Shown in pieces: positions 14,213 to 26,899 of a DNA stretch of 64,000 nt. How positions within the stretch are numbered: the first letter of the stretch is position 1; each line of letters starts with the position of its first letter. The notes under the pieces are model-generated. The model had not been told where the DNA came from and did not search any database. It worked only from the letters and a program-made list of their open reading frames with translations. Source of the DNA: Octopus sinensis (lineage: Eukaryota). Position numbers and translations under genes: made by a program. The stretch spans positions 15,872,001 to 15,936,000 of the forward strand of contig NC_043016.1 in NCBI RefSeq assembly GCF_006345805.1. Reading direction: 5' to 3'.

Positions 14213-14316
14213 TAACCTAATGAGTGGCTATATTTATATTAAAGTGATTATACTACTACTACTAATATTTTTACTGTAATCATTTCTTAAATATAGCCAC
14301 GAAACACATGTGGTTA
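14213..14316 (+). ncRNA. Degenerate hammerhead motif
   Basis: UAAC CUAAUGA GUGGCUAUAUUUA...UAAAUAUAGCCAC GAAAC ACAU GUG GUUA; 13-bp helix II, but G5->A and G at the cleavage position. Confidence 0.6.
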
Positions 14317-14480
14317 TTCTACCAAATATATACGTTTTATTTATTATTTTACACATAACTTAATCATCGTTATATTTTTTATCTTATATTTAATCTTTCT
14401 ATAATACGTAATTTTCTAGATGGTGTAATTTAATTTTGAATTGATAAAAGGTGGTTTTTTTTCTAATTTGTATATATATA

Positions 14481-14531
<51 letters not shown>

Positions 14532-15726
14532 TATGTCTTGTTGTTTGGTTAAAAAGCTTGCTTCATAATCACAACGTTGTAGATACAATCCTACTCAGGC
14601 AAGTGTCTTCTATTAGTTTTCCAGGTCAACGATTGCCTTGTAATTGAATTTGATCAATGCAAACTATACAAAACCGCATCAAATGTATGAGTGAGCATCT
14701 AAAGAAATCGGTACTAATCCAAACAAGTAACAGTACAGAAGTAAAAAATGAAGTTGAAAATGCAAAGAGAAAATATGAAGATTTATTTTAGATTTTAATG
14801 TACATACACAAATACTTAACTGGTTTCGTATTTGATTTTCAAAAGTATATATCATGTAGAACTATGTTGCAAAATGTTGCATAATGTCTCCCAGCTATAA
14901 TCCAGTTGATATTTTTTGATTACTTTTGCATAGAATGTTTTCTTTTTCTTTCATGCAAGCTGCCAAATTTAGCCTGAACACCCTGTGTGTGTGTGTGTGT
15001 CCACATGAGCATGTGTATTTATATTTAAAATCTATACCATGGCTTCATATACAATGCGGTTAATGTTTTATTAAATTGTTGCAAGTCGAGTGGATTTAGC
15101 CATCCAGCATGAAACTGATATAAATGTACATGTAGAGTTAACTCCCTTCATCTGCATTCTGCTCAGCAAAATAAACACACACGTTTCCATGCGTTCATTT
15201 TTGTTTACGTTCCTAGTTTACACGAATGTCATTGAGGCATCGTTTTAAAGCAAAAGATGCACAACTTGTTGCTAACTCTTGCCTGTTTTTTCAACTATGG
15301 GATCTCATATTCAGCATAGCTTCAAAAGCGAGAAGTGAGTGGGTGGTTTGTTTACAAGACAACTGACAACAAATAACATTGTCCGGATTTAACAACTTCC
15401 GTAAAAACAAGCAACTTGCAAAAAAAAAAAAACACATCGACTCAAGGACATAGAAGAATTGGCAAAGGAAAAAGAAGAGGGAAAGAAGAAATAGAAACGG
15501 GGAGTCCAGTAAGGAATGAGAACACGGAGAGAAAAGATAAAGGTAAAGTAGAGAGGACATACATATATATATATATATATATGAAGGAAAGAAGGGCACT
15601 CAACAATTATTTGGAGTTACATGTAGGGATCAAAACAGTTGGATCCATTCTCTGAGCGTCTTATTAATACTTTGCATGTACCACATCCTCATGTTGTTTT
15701 CCCTTATCTTTTTTCTCCGTTGTATG

Positions 15727-15826
<100 letters not shown>

Positions 15827-16552
15827 ATAAAGAGAGAGAGAGAGAGAGAGAGAAATGGCCACACTCCACAGCTGATTTGATTCTGTAAATCAACTGAGAA
15901 TTTGAAAGCAGTCTACCATGTTTACATAAGAGTGTACTTTGAGCAAACTGATGCCTTAAATGAGAAACAGCAGCTAAATCTCTTGCAAAGCACGCTCTGC
16001 CATTGTAAAAGGAAGGTATCCATTGAATAATGTAGTCCTAGATACATTGATTCTCATTAAAAACTAAACGACAAAGGTCTCAGTTCAATCAGCTTGACCA
16101 TAGACCTGCAGGATCAAGGCTGACCAGGTGCAAAAACAACACAGGTGGTTCGGTGTTGTTACTCAACTTGCTTGAAATAGCAGCCAAAATCTCCTTCAAC
16201 TAACACTCTAATGTATCACAAAAAGCGAAGAACACATTGATTAATGTAGATCTAAATACATACTGTCTGAATAAAAGAAACAGGACAGTCATGGCTGGAA
16301 TGCCTTTTATCATAAGATTGTTTCATTAGGACTGAACTGGTGCTAAATAACATCAACACGTGTGTGTTACAAAAAAGCAAAAGACGAAGACAGGTGAAGG
16401 AACAACAAGCAGGTGTAATAGTTTAATGCTTGGGAAGAATGGAAAAGTCTTTGACACTTTGGTCCTATGTTCTTTGACAGAAAGGGTTGAGAGGAAAAGA
16501 AATGGTGAGAGAAAAAAACGTGTAGGGATTAATGATTCAACTAAATGTATGT

Positions 16553-16834
16553 AAACAATTGCAGCGTGGAAGGTGTTTATAAGCCATTTAAAAAGACACA
16601 AAAAAACCGTTAGATTCACTCCAACATTTAAGTTTAATTTGTCAAAATATTTTTGTCGGTTTGAGACCGCAACCTGTTCACTGGCAAAATCCCGTGCTGC
16701 ATCAGTGAACAGGTTGCAGTCTGAAAACGACAAAAATATTTTGGCAAATTAAATTTATATGTCAAAGTGAATCTAATGGTTTATTTTGTGTGTTTTTAAA
16801 TGGCTTATAAACACATTCCACATTGCAATTGTTT
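16553..16834. repeat. Foldback element (arms about 130 bp, loop about 19 nt)
   Basis: AAACAATTGCA...GCAACCTGTTCACTG vs CAGTGAACAGGTTGC...TGCAATTGTTT. Confidence 0.9.
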
Positions 16835-17562
16835 TTGTTTCAGCACATGATCTTAGATCAGGTCACTTGCTATGCAAGTACATCTCCATAATGTATATAT
16901 ATTTGCATTAAGAAGAAGCAACAAAATGACTCAGGGTCCAGGACTTTCATGTATTGGCACTCATCAAAAGACGAAACTCTCAGCCCTTGAGTCACTCTGT
17001 TGCTTCAGCTAAACATGCACATACACACACAAAAGTTGATGCATTCGACTAAAATATTCTTTAGAGCAGTACCCCAGCATGGCTGCAGTCTAATGTCTGA
17101 AACAAAAGCTAAAAGATAAACACACACACATGGTAACATGTAGACACATATACTTACAAGTGAGTGTGTGTGTGTGATATACATATATAAGATAAATGAC
17201 AAATGAATAAAATTGTCTTTTATTCATTAAACTTCTGGCGATGTTGAATTGACAGCAGATTAAGAGGAGAAAACATAAAAAACTTATAGTATAGTAGCAT
17301 ACATTATCGATGCTCTATGGAAATATACCTCTTTATATGATTTGTGTAGAAATATGTATAGCAACAAAACCAATACACCATATCAATATACATGATACAC
17401 ACACACACTCACAAAGTATGATCTTTGAAATCAAAACATTTGTTAAGTACCGAGTGATGGTAAAACATAATAAGCAATCTTGGAGTAAAATTGTAAACAC
17501 ATGACAAATTCTAGGGGGGAAAGGGATACAAGACAAAAAAAAAAAAAAGAAGACAATATTAC

Positions 17563-17674
17563 CTGATCTCATATTTGTCATAGTTGGAGGAAAATCTAAT
17601 AATGTAGGATTATGGGTTGTAACACCAACTTCTATGGAACCAGACCATTTATCTACAAGTTCATCAAGTCGAAT
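17563..17674 (-). CDS. NEURL4: NEURL4 coding exon 4 (NHR2)
   Basis: cttag|ATT; [37 protein letters not shown]; donor G|GTAAT; 112 nt, phase 0 to 1. Confidence 0.94.
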
Positions 17675-18448
17675 CTAAGGAAGTAAAGATTGAAAATGTA
17701 AAAACTGAATGGAGTTTGTTTCTGAATAAAGTTCTGTTTGTTTGTTTTTGCATTATGGCATCATAAAATAGGCACAAATCATGTAGGCAGAGGTGTAGTT
17801 GTGGGGTTTAAGAAGCTTGTTTTCTAAACACGTTTTGGTTTCAGTCCCACTGTCTTCTACTATAGCTGTGGACTGCTCAAAGTGTTGTATGGATTTGGTT
17901 GACAGAAACTGAAAGAAGCCTATCGTACATGTGTGTGTGTGTGTGTGTTATTTTCGCCTTGCCCTGAAATTACATGGTACTTATGTAATAATAAGGGCAA
18001 ATTTTTGTAGGGGATGAGGGTTGATCAATTGAAACAATAGAAATCTGATAATTAATTTAATTTATAATTGGAAGAAAAATAAGAACAGGTGATTGATGGA
18101 ATTTGAACCTCAAATATTGAGGGATCCATGATAAATACAGTAAGTCAACTGGACATGGCACCTAGCTGTTTAGATTGTTCTTAACAACTCTACTGCTCAG
18201 AGGGAACTTATAAAGTGACTTGTCCACCTGCTAAAAATAATAGCCAAACACCCCTTGAAGCCCGATGTGCTGCATCTTGAAAAGACAGCAACACATTTGA
18301 TAATATAGTTTTAGGTATATTAGAAGAAGGACCAGATGGTCATTGTTGAAACACATCTGATCATGGGACAGATCACTCTGAGCTGACCAAGTTCTAAACA
18401 ACATCTTTGATGTTTAAGGAAAATAAAAGCCAAAACGAAAATTCTTAC

Positions 18449-18999
18449 CTCAAAAATTTCATCATCTTTTATTGGTCTGTTTGTCATAACCACACCATTG
18501 TTGAACTCGTCCAACGGTCTTGTTCTTTCTGCTGTTCGTCTGCCATTGGTCAACTTCACAAGTCCACCGCACTTTTCATGGAACACTAATCTTTCATTGG
18601 AACGTAAAGTCTGAGCATCTCCTCCTCCTCCTCCTCCACCCGCTCCCCCTCCTCCTCCTCCACCAGCACCACCCCCATTTCCATTATTGTTTCCACTGCT
18701 ACCAGCAGCACCGGCTGCACTATTACCACCACCACTGCTACTGCCACTACCACCACCGCCGCCGCCGTTGCTGCTAGCTCCTCCTCCTCCCCCACCCGCT
18801 CCTCCTATCAAAAGGTTCACCGACACAGGTACGTTGTTTGATGTTGTGCTGGCATTGTCGTTAAGTGCACTGTTGAAGTTTGGCTCCATAACAACTGCTG
18901 AACTGTTGCCAGTGGCTTGACTTAAATTACTGGCGACTTGATTAGATAACACTGCCAAATATTCATTGGCAATTTCATTAACGATATTGCTATTGAAGG
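18449..18999 (-). CDS. NEURL4: NEURL4 coding exon 3 (Asn/Gly-rich linker plus start of NHR2)
   Basis: Long polypyrimidine tract then acag|CC; ...[47 protein letters not shown]; donor GAG|GTAAGA; 551 nt, phase 1 to 0. Confidence 0.9.
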
Positions 19000-19309
19000 C
19001 TGTATGGTGGCGGAGGAAATGGAAGGAAGAAAAGAGAAAAAGAGAAAAAAAAAGGATAAGTTGAAGAATTATATGGTTGGTGAACGATGCAGAGAATAAT
19101 TTAATGACTAATGCAGTGAACAATGTAGTTAATGTTATAGTGAACATATGATGAACAATGTAAATAATGTAGTGGATGATGTAGGCAGCAATGAATTGAG
19201 CAATATAGTTAATGAACAATATAATTAATTATATAGAGTGCAGTGAATTGATGCAATTAAAGATGTGATGAACAGTAGATTGAATAGCAGAGCAATTAAG
19301 AATAATATA

Positions 19310-20523
19310 CTGGGTTATCCCATAAATAATGCAGTTTTTTTTATACTTCTTTTATTTTTCAAAATTAAAACAAACACAGTTCTTTTTTAATCTAAAATAT
19401 ACTCTCCTTCATTTTCTGCAATGCTCTTCCATCTATCTGGTAGACTTGCAAGGCCCCTCTTCCAAAATACACTTGCCTGTGATGAAAAATACTCTTCCAG
19501 TACTGTTCTGACTTTGTCTACAGAATTCATATTTTTTCCATTCAAATGATTTGGAAGACTACAGAATAAATGTTACTCAGATGGGGCATCACTTCCCATT
19601 CAAACTGCTCTAGCTTTTGGAATGTCGTCCTTGCTGTATGTAGCTGAGCATTATTCTGTTGGAAGACTACCTTTTGGCTTGAAGCCCAAAGATGGTCGTT
19701 TGTCTTCTAGCACTGACTGAAGCCACTCAAGCTGCTCACAGCAGATCTCCTTTGTTATTGTTTGGTTTGGGTTTAAAAGTTCAAAGTGGACTAAACCTTT
19801 CATATCCCACCAAACAGATAACAAAACCTTACATAGGTGAAGACTTTTTTTGGCCTGGGGTGCCAGTGTTTCTCCTTTCCCTACCCACTGCTTTTGGCAC
19901 TTGACATTTTTATAGAGAACCCATTTCTCGTCACCAGTCACTATTTGGTCTAAAAAAGGTTCATTCGTGAGATGTGACAGCAAAGAAAAGTGCACATTCA
20001 CTCTCTGCGTGCAATTAGACTTGGAAAAGTTATGAGGAACCCATTGACCCAATTTGCTGACTTTTCTGATGGCACGCTGGTGTCGATGAATGGTTGAATG
20101 ACCAAATCCAAGCTTCTCTGCTAGTTCCTCAGGATTTTGTTCCACCAGGGTTTGCAAGACATCCTCGTTGCACTCTACAGATCTTCCACGATGAAATTTC
20201 TAGAACTACTGTTGATATTGGCTTACACTTATTGTCCGATCCCCATATACTGCATTAATATTCCTCGCACTTTCCATTGCGTTGTTGTCTTTATTGAACT
20301 CATAAAGCAAAATATGCCGAATATGCACCTTTGTCACTTCCATTATAGCTTTGAAAAAAATAACTGTTAAAATTGAACTGTACTCTTCAAAACTTGCACT
20401 AAGAATAAGTACAAGGTAAAATCACTACCTGCTTTTATAGCAAGCTGATGCAGGTAGTTTATCCTGCTCCCTTCCGACTTTTCATGCAATTGAAAAAATT
20501 GCATTATTTATGAGACGACCCAA
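19310..20523 (-). mobile_element. Full-length degraded mariner DNA transposon with TIRs and TA TSD
   Basis: TIRs CTGGGTTATCCCATAAATAATGCAG / TTGCATTATTTATGAGACGACCCAA; TA at 19308-9 and 20524-5; WVPH, IVTGDEKWVLY and KVLLSVWWD motifs; frameshifted. Confidence 0.93.
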
Positions 20524-20796
20524 TAGTTAACAAAGCTGTTAACGATGTCGAGGGCAATTTGGTTAATAGTGCAATGAACAAAGCAACTAATGACATGGCA
20601 AACGCCACAATTAACAGTGTACTGAATGATTCAGATAATGAGGTAGTGAGCAATATGGTAAAAAATGTAGTGAATGTTGCGGTTAATTATGTGGTGAACA
20701 GTATAATTAGCAATATAACGAATACACATAATGAACAATGTAGTTAATGATGTAATAAACAAGAAAGTTAACAGTACAGTAAATGATGCAGTGAAC

Positions 20797-22799
20797 AAGA
20801 GGGTTAAACGAAGAGGGTTAAACAAGAGGGTTAAACGAGAACGTCGACTCAGAGATATTGCTTGGGCTGAATTCAAAAATCTGGATTCGACTGCAGCTTT
20901 TGAGGTGTACAAAACTCAACGAGACCGAGCCGTGAAAATTGAAAAGAAAGAACGCTTCAGTTACGAATACAAAATCGCGGCAAATGCCAGTAGCAATCCA
21001 AAAACCTTCTTTACCCATGTCCAGCGGAATTCCCGCTTGAACAACCAGATTGCAACGTTGGTAGACTCAACAGGCGTATCAAATGAGGACCCTTATCAAC
21101 AGAGTCAATTATTTGCCGAGGCTTTTTCAACTATTTTCAAACAAGATGATGGTCGTGAACCCCCTCCATTTGATAGATCGGTACCTCCAATGCTTCGATT
21201 GGTCATCACGCGGGACGAAGTCAAACGTGTAATTCAAGGCCTCGATGTCAACAAAGGTCACGGCCCTGACGGCATACACCCACGGGTTATCAAAGCGTTG
21301 GCTCCGGTCATCTGCGAGCCCTTAACACGACTATTCAATATGTCATTGGCGACGGGTGTTATACCTGCAGACTGGAGAACAGCGATAATCTGCCCAATTT
21401 TCAAGAAAGGGAGCCGCGAAGACCCGCTTAACTACCGACCGGTTTCCCTTACATCAATTATCAGCAAGATGTTCGAAACCATCCTTAAGAAAAGTATGAT
21501 GCTCCACCTCCTAAACACAGCCTCTATCTCTGATTCCCAACACGGCTTCGTGCCGAAGAGATCATGCCTGACCAACCTACTAGTAATGGAAGAATTGGTG
21601 ACGCGCATCCTCGATGATAGTGATGCTGTTGACATCGTTTTACTGGACTTTGCCAAAGCTTTTGACTCGGTAAACCACCGCCTATTGCTTGTCAAGCTTC
21701 AAGCATATAGTTTCCATCCGGATATTGTACGATGGGTGGTGCCTTCCTCTCAGATCACTCCTTCCAAGTCCAAGTTAATGGTTCGCGGTCCGACGTCTCC
21801 AGTGCGAGCAGTGGCATGCCTCAAGGTTCAGTGCTTGGGCCCTTGTTGTTCTTAGTCTTCATAAATGACTTGCCCGACGACCTCACGCAACACACCCTTC
21901 TATTTGCCGACGATATCAAACTGGTCGCTCCTCGCGGTAATATAGAGGATCTTCGTCGATGCCTCCACCAAATTTGGAAATTTGGAAGTGGTCTAACAAT
22001 TGGGACCTGTGTCTGAATGTGTCAAAGTGCTGTCATCTGCCTGTTGGCTCTACTCCTGCAACTCAACTTGATTTCGAGCCGGGTCGTCTGCTGCTGGAGA
22101 GGACCGATCAGGTAAAGGACCTAGGTATCTTGGTGGATTCCTCCTTTTCGCCTTCGGCCCAGTGCGTCCATGCTGCCAACAAAGCACGCGGAATTCTGTT
22201 CTTGATTCGACGGTCATTCGGAATGCTCACAGCAGCCATATTCCTACCACTCTATGTCATGCTGGTGAGACCCATATTGGAGTATGGGATTCAAGCCCCT
22301 TCTCCTTATCTCCTCAAAGACATACAGCATCTCGAAAGAGTCCAGAAGCTGGCTACCCGCATGGTTCATGGTCTCAAAAATTTGTCCTACGAAGAAAGGC
22401 TGAGGACGCTCGACCTTTATTCTCTTGAAAAACGCCGCCGCCGTGGTGATCTCATTCTCGCCCACAACATCATAAGCGGAAAGTGTAACCTCTCGAAAGA
22501 GCTGTTCTTCACTCCTGCTCCAGAGCGTCGACTGCGGGGTCATTCCGAAAAGCTCTACCTGCGACGATTTCATCTCAATCGAAGGAGAGGGGCTTTCTCC
22601 GTCCGGGTTGCGGATCCGTGGAACAAGCTGCCAGACGAGATGGTGAAGATGCCGACGACCGCTTTGTTCAAAGCCTCCCTTGACCTCAAGTGGCCTGAAC
22701 TCTTTACATGAACACCACCCTATACTTAACTCCATGTCCCCCTACATGGCCTTGCTATTTGCTTTTGAGCCAAATTAACTAACTAACTAACTAACTAAC
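20797..22799 (+). mobile_element. 5'-truncated CR1-clade LINE with (TAAC)n tail
   Basis: GPDGIHPR, NYRPVSLTS, QHGF, LDFAKAFDSV, GMPQGSVLGPLLF, LFADD, RRRRGDLI, LRGHSEKL, FSVRVADPWNKLP; two frameshifts (about 21735 and 21975); stop at 22711; (TAAC)n about 22775-22799. Confidence 0.93.
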
Positions 22800-24641
22800 A
22801 ATGTTACTGATGGTATACAGAACAATATACATCACAGTTCATTAAAAATTCAAAACAATAACAACAAATGTAAAACATTTTTGTTTGGAAATTAATTTCT
22901 TTCGAATAATGTGGGTTAAATTTTGTAGAGAAAATGATGTAATGGATTGAATTAACTTGCATTAATTACAGGTACTTATAAGAAGAGAACAACCAAGCTG
23001 GTGAGTAAGATATTGAACTACCAGTTCTTAATTCAAGAATACAAATTCTCTGCAAGTATTTCATTTTGTAACTGAAACACACCATTCCTGCATTGTTTCA
23101 GTTACAGATAGATAAATATGTATCTAAGATTATCTGAGAATACCAACAAAACTGATATATTTATTTCTTAACTGCTTAATGCCATAGAAATCAATGAAAA
23201 GTGCTATTCCTTAAAAGTTCCACTCCAACCCCTTTTAGAGCAGATGAAATATCAACATTTTTTAATGACTTTGAAATCAGAAAGTGATCCTAACAGAATT
23301 TGAATATGGCTCCAAGTAATAAACTGCTATCCATTAAAAAGTGATAATGCAGGGCTTGAAGGGGCTCTTTAACGTTGCTGAGAACATGACAACCTCTATG
23401 GTGCTGGTACCAAGAAGAAATAAAGGCACTCAATACACTCTGTAATGTTTTGGTATTAAGAATGGTTATACAACCAAAGAACAAGGCCAGAACAGAGACA
23501 CTGGAGCAAGAAGTTGTTCTCCAATGTGTCAGATTCTGTTGAACAATCCAAACCATACCAATATAGAAAATGGATGTAAAATGATGTTTTGCATTTAGTT
23601 CAATGCATTACTGATTAATTTCAATATCAATCCTTGATATTTTTATAATAAATATTACTAACTTTACTACAATGCAAGAAAAATTGCCAGCAGAAGCAAT
23701 AAAGTGTTTTTCTTCCTCTCACCATGCAAAGAAAATTCTGTATGAACCACAAGTAAACTGATGAGGATGGTAGTGGGACAACACTTGAAGAATGAAAGGA
23801 ATGAGATAAACATGATTGCTATTTGATATGTAACAATGTGTACAAAAGACAGAACAGAGATGAGGTGGGAGCATGGCTAGGCATTGAAGTTCTTTAAAAA
23901 AATCGGCACTATGCTGTCATGCAATAGAAATGAATGATGATGGGAGGTCAGTAAATAAAATGCAGGTAGAAGTTTGTAAGAAGATCTCCAAGATGGTACT
24001 CAGATGAAATGATGCAGACCCATCCAACCCATGAAGGCAAAAAAGCTTATGACAATGGTGAAGGAAATATGGATAAAATATACCAATAAACCTACAATCA
24101 CTCATTAAATTTGTTTCGAATTTCTAACTTTTATTTAACCCTTTTAGCATTCAAATTTCTGTGTCAAATGTAATGTTTATTTAATTTATATTGATTTGAA
24201 TTAATCATGCATGACCTTGCAGCTTTAAGATTTCGATGACATGATTGTTTTTATTTTTAGAATAATGTTGTAGGGCAGGTACGAGAGGCCAGATCTGGCT
24301 AGTTTGAAGATAAAACAGGTAGATTATTTTGGCTGGATATGACTGGTTTAAATGCTCATGGGTTAATAGTAATTTTCAAAAAAATTAAGGAAAATAGTTT
24401 TCTTTGGAAAATAATTACCAAGATTGGAACAATGCAATGTATTAATAAAAGTGGGGGTAATTTGTCCTACTTTACTGAAACCAGAGGAACATAAATCCAA
24501 GTGTGATCCAAGCATATTTTAAATTTACAATATGGAGAGAAAGAATTAAATATCAAATGACATTTAGCCTGGCACTCTACCATCTCTTTATGAATATTTT
24601 TGTTGTTTTAATTCAAAATATGCTTAAGTTATATATCTTAC

Positions 24642-24996
24642 CGTTTTGTCTGATGCTTTCATCCATTATAGTAACTTGAGCACATTTTCCATACATGTCC
24701 ACAACTGCATACACTTTGTTTGGAATGCCGGTAGCTGCTGGGCCATGGTCTACATCATTGATGAAGAAATGCAGAGCACCATAATCAGTACGCAGCACTC
24801 CAATGCGGTCTCCTTCTGAAAGAATGTCCAAATCACAGCCATATTCTTCGTTTAATGAGTGGCCATTTTTCAGAATGCTGTTGCCAGACATAACCCATGT
24901 TCCTTCACGAAATGATGAAGCACTGACTGGAAAATTTAATGTTGTAGGATCACAGGTAGTAACACCCATTTCTATTGAACCACTCCATGCGTAAAC
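24642..24996 (-). CDS. NEURL4: NEURL4 coding exon 2 (rest of NHR1)
   Basis: Acceptor ttcag|GTT; VYAWSGSIEMGVTT...GDRIGVLRT...VYAVVDMYGKCAQVTI; donor G|GTAAGA; 355 nt, phase 0 to 1. Confidence 0.95.
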
Positions 24997-25689
24997 CTGA
25001 AGAAAATAATTAAAGAAAAGAGAAACAGAACTAAAATATATTTTAGGAGAAACATTTACAAAGCAAAGAAATGAAAGAATATTTTAATAATCAATATATA
25101 TATGAAGGAATGGTTGAGACGATCAGGTACTGGACAGTAAACAGAGAATTTGGTAGTTCAAATCCCCAAACTGGTACTGTTGTATTTGTAGTTAAGACAT
25201 ACTTAATGTGGTAGGGTTAATATTATTTTCAAGTTGTTGGGTTACAGTTAAGAGTTTGTTGATTTAAGCATTCTGATTGATTCCCATCTTTCCCTCCTGG
25301 CTCATATTTTTACCTGAAGATGTTCAAGGTGAGTATCAATTGCATCAATCTCACCAGTTTAGGAGTATTGTCACTTCTCTTTTGGCCAACTTAAAAAATA
25401 AAGAAGAAAAAAAATCTAAAAACTCCACTTTGACTTGCAAATGTCCCAGTCTACCTAGCTGTAAACAGGTCCTACAAAATCAAAATATCAGTGATGTAAG
25501 CAGCTGCAACACGGGTGACTGTTTTATTAGCTTGTGGGTCCAGGTTTAACTTCTGCTCTGATCATGTTGTAAGTTATAAGGGGCTGACTGAAAACCTATT
25601 GAAAAATGCAACTAAACCTGAAAATTGAAATTAATCCAATTGTCTGGCAATACACACATTGAATAAGGTACTAAAATGACTGTTTTCAT

Positions 25690-26060
25690 ACCTGTCTTCA
25701 CCTGTGGTTATGAAAGTTGGGTAACAACCGAAAGAGTACGATGACAAATGTAAGCAGCTGAAATGGGGTTCTTTTGAAAGATCTCTGGAGTACATAAGTA
25801 GGAAATTAAGGAGTCTCACCTGGTCCAGATGCTACTTCCCCACACTGAGAGAACACAACTCTGGTACTATGGACATGTGATTAGAATGTGGCAAGACAGA
25901 ATCACAAGACAGATTCTTCAAGCTGAGCCAACTGGCAGGAAACTTAGGAGTAGACCAAGAACGAGGTGGTTGGATAAGATCCACAATCTTAGCTGGTCAC
26001 ACTTGGGAATCCAGCCAGCAAAACCAATGATGGGTGTTCCTGATAGGACCATATCTCTTT
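25690..26060 (+). mobile_element. Old RTE-type LINE 3' fragment
   Basis: QLWYYGHVIRMWQDRITRQILQAEPTGRKLRSRPRTRWLDKI. Confidence 0.7.
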
Positions 26061-26899
26061 TAATATCCTGACTTGAAGCTTAATAACAATTTGTTCATCT
26101 AATCACTTAACCTAGTTGTCACCTACATGTGTGTGTGAGTGTGTGTGTGTGTGCTAGCTGATATGGACAAACACATCCTGACCCTTGAGATTAGGCTCTC
26201 AGTTTCCTATTGACAAAAAAAAAAGAAAAGTGTAACTTGATCTTTGAGCCTTTTATGGAAATATGTTAATAAGATATTATCCTACAAACACATTGGGGTT
26301 TTGATTTTAGACATGTAAATACAAACAACCAGCCGACACTGAGAAAATCTGACAGAGAAATGAAAGTCAGAGGAAGACGTTAAGAATGACCAAACTGAAA
26401 TAAGACAGGTGTTTGAAATATAAATGTCAGGTCAATAGATTTTTTTTCCTCTCTCTTAAAGGAAAGCATCTCCTGTGAAGAATATATCATTTGACATAAA
26501 AAAACAAATAGCTGGTGAGCTCAGGATAAGAACTAGATGGAACAGAAACAAGACAAACTGAAGAAAGAATGTATGGAAGCTGAAAGATTCCTCTAACATT
26601 TGTGATTGCTAACTTCCAAGAATTACTGGACAATATGATGAGCAGGAGGAGAGGGATAAAGAATTATGATAATGCAGTCTTCTTTCTCAAAGGAAGTTCC
26701 ACGGTGTCTTAATAAAATACAACAAAAATTTAATCTATGAAACAAATGCTATTTCTCATTTTTAAAATAAGTTATTTGGATTTTGATAACAAATTTTGTT
26801 TCATTTAATGTCGTTAAAATTAGGGCGGTGGTCATGGTGGGATAGTTTGTAAAATATACATATGGATTGTGATTTTTGGATAAATCATAGAATGAGTTC

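Larger units (their letters stand above)
19075..22830 (+). repeat. Degenerate 12-bp-period repeat (N-x-V-N-like) in three pieces: about 19075-19309, 20526-20798, 22797-22830
   Basis: AATGCAGTGAAC / AATGTAGTTAAT / GATGCAGTGAAC units; periodicity is continuous once the mariner and CR1 are removed. Confidence 0.75.

Noticed and set aside
19000-19219. Hydrophobic N-terminal part of the 299-aa ORF as a transmembrane NEURL4 isoform
   Set aside because: It is the reverse complement of the intronic 12-bp repeat plus the polypyrimidine tract; the phase-consistent acceptor is at 19000
20731-21855. 374-aa ORF as a host gene or domesticated RT
   Set aside because: A chance in-frame fusion of the flanking repeat to a 5'-truncated CR1; it frameshifts before the catalytic FADD
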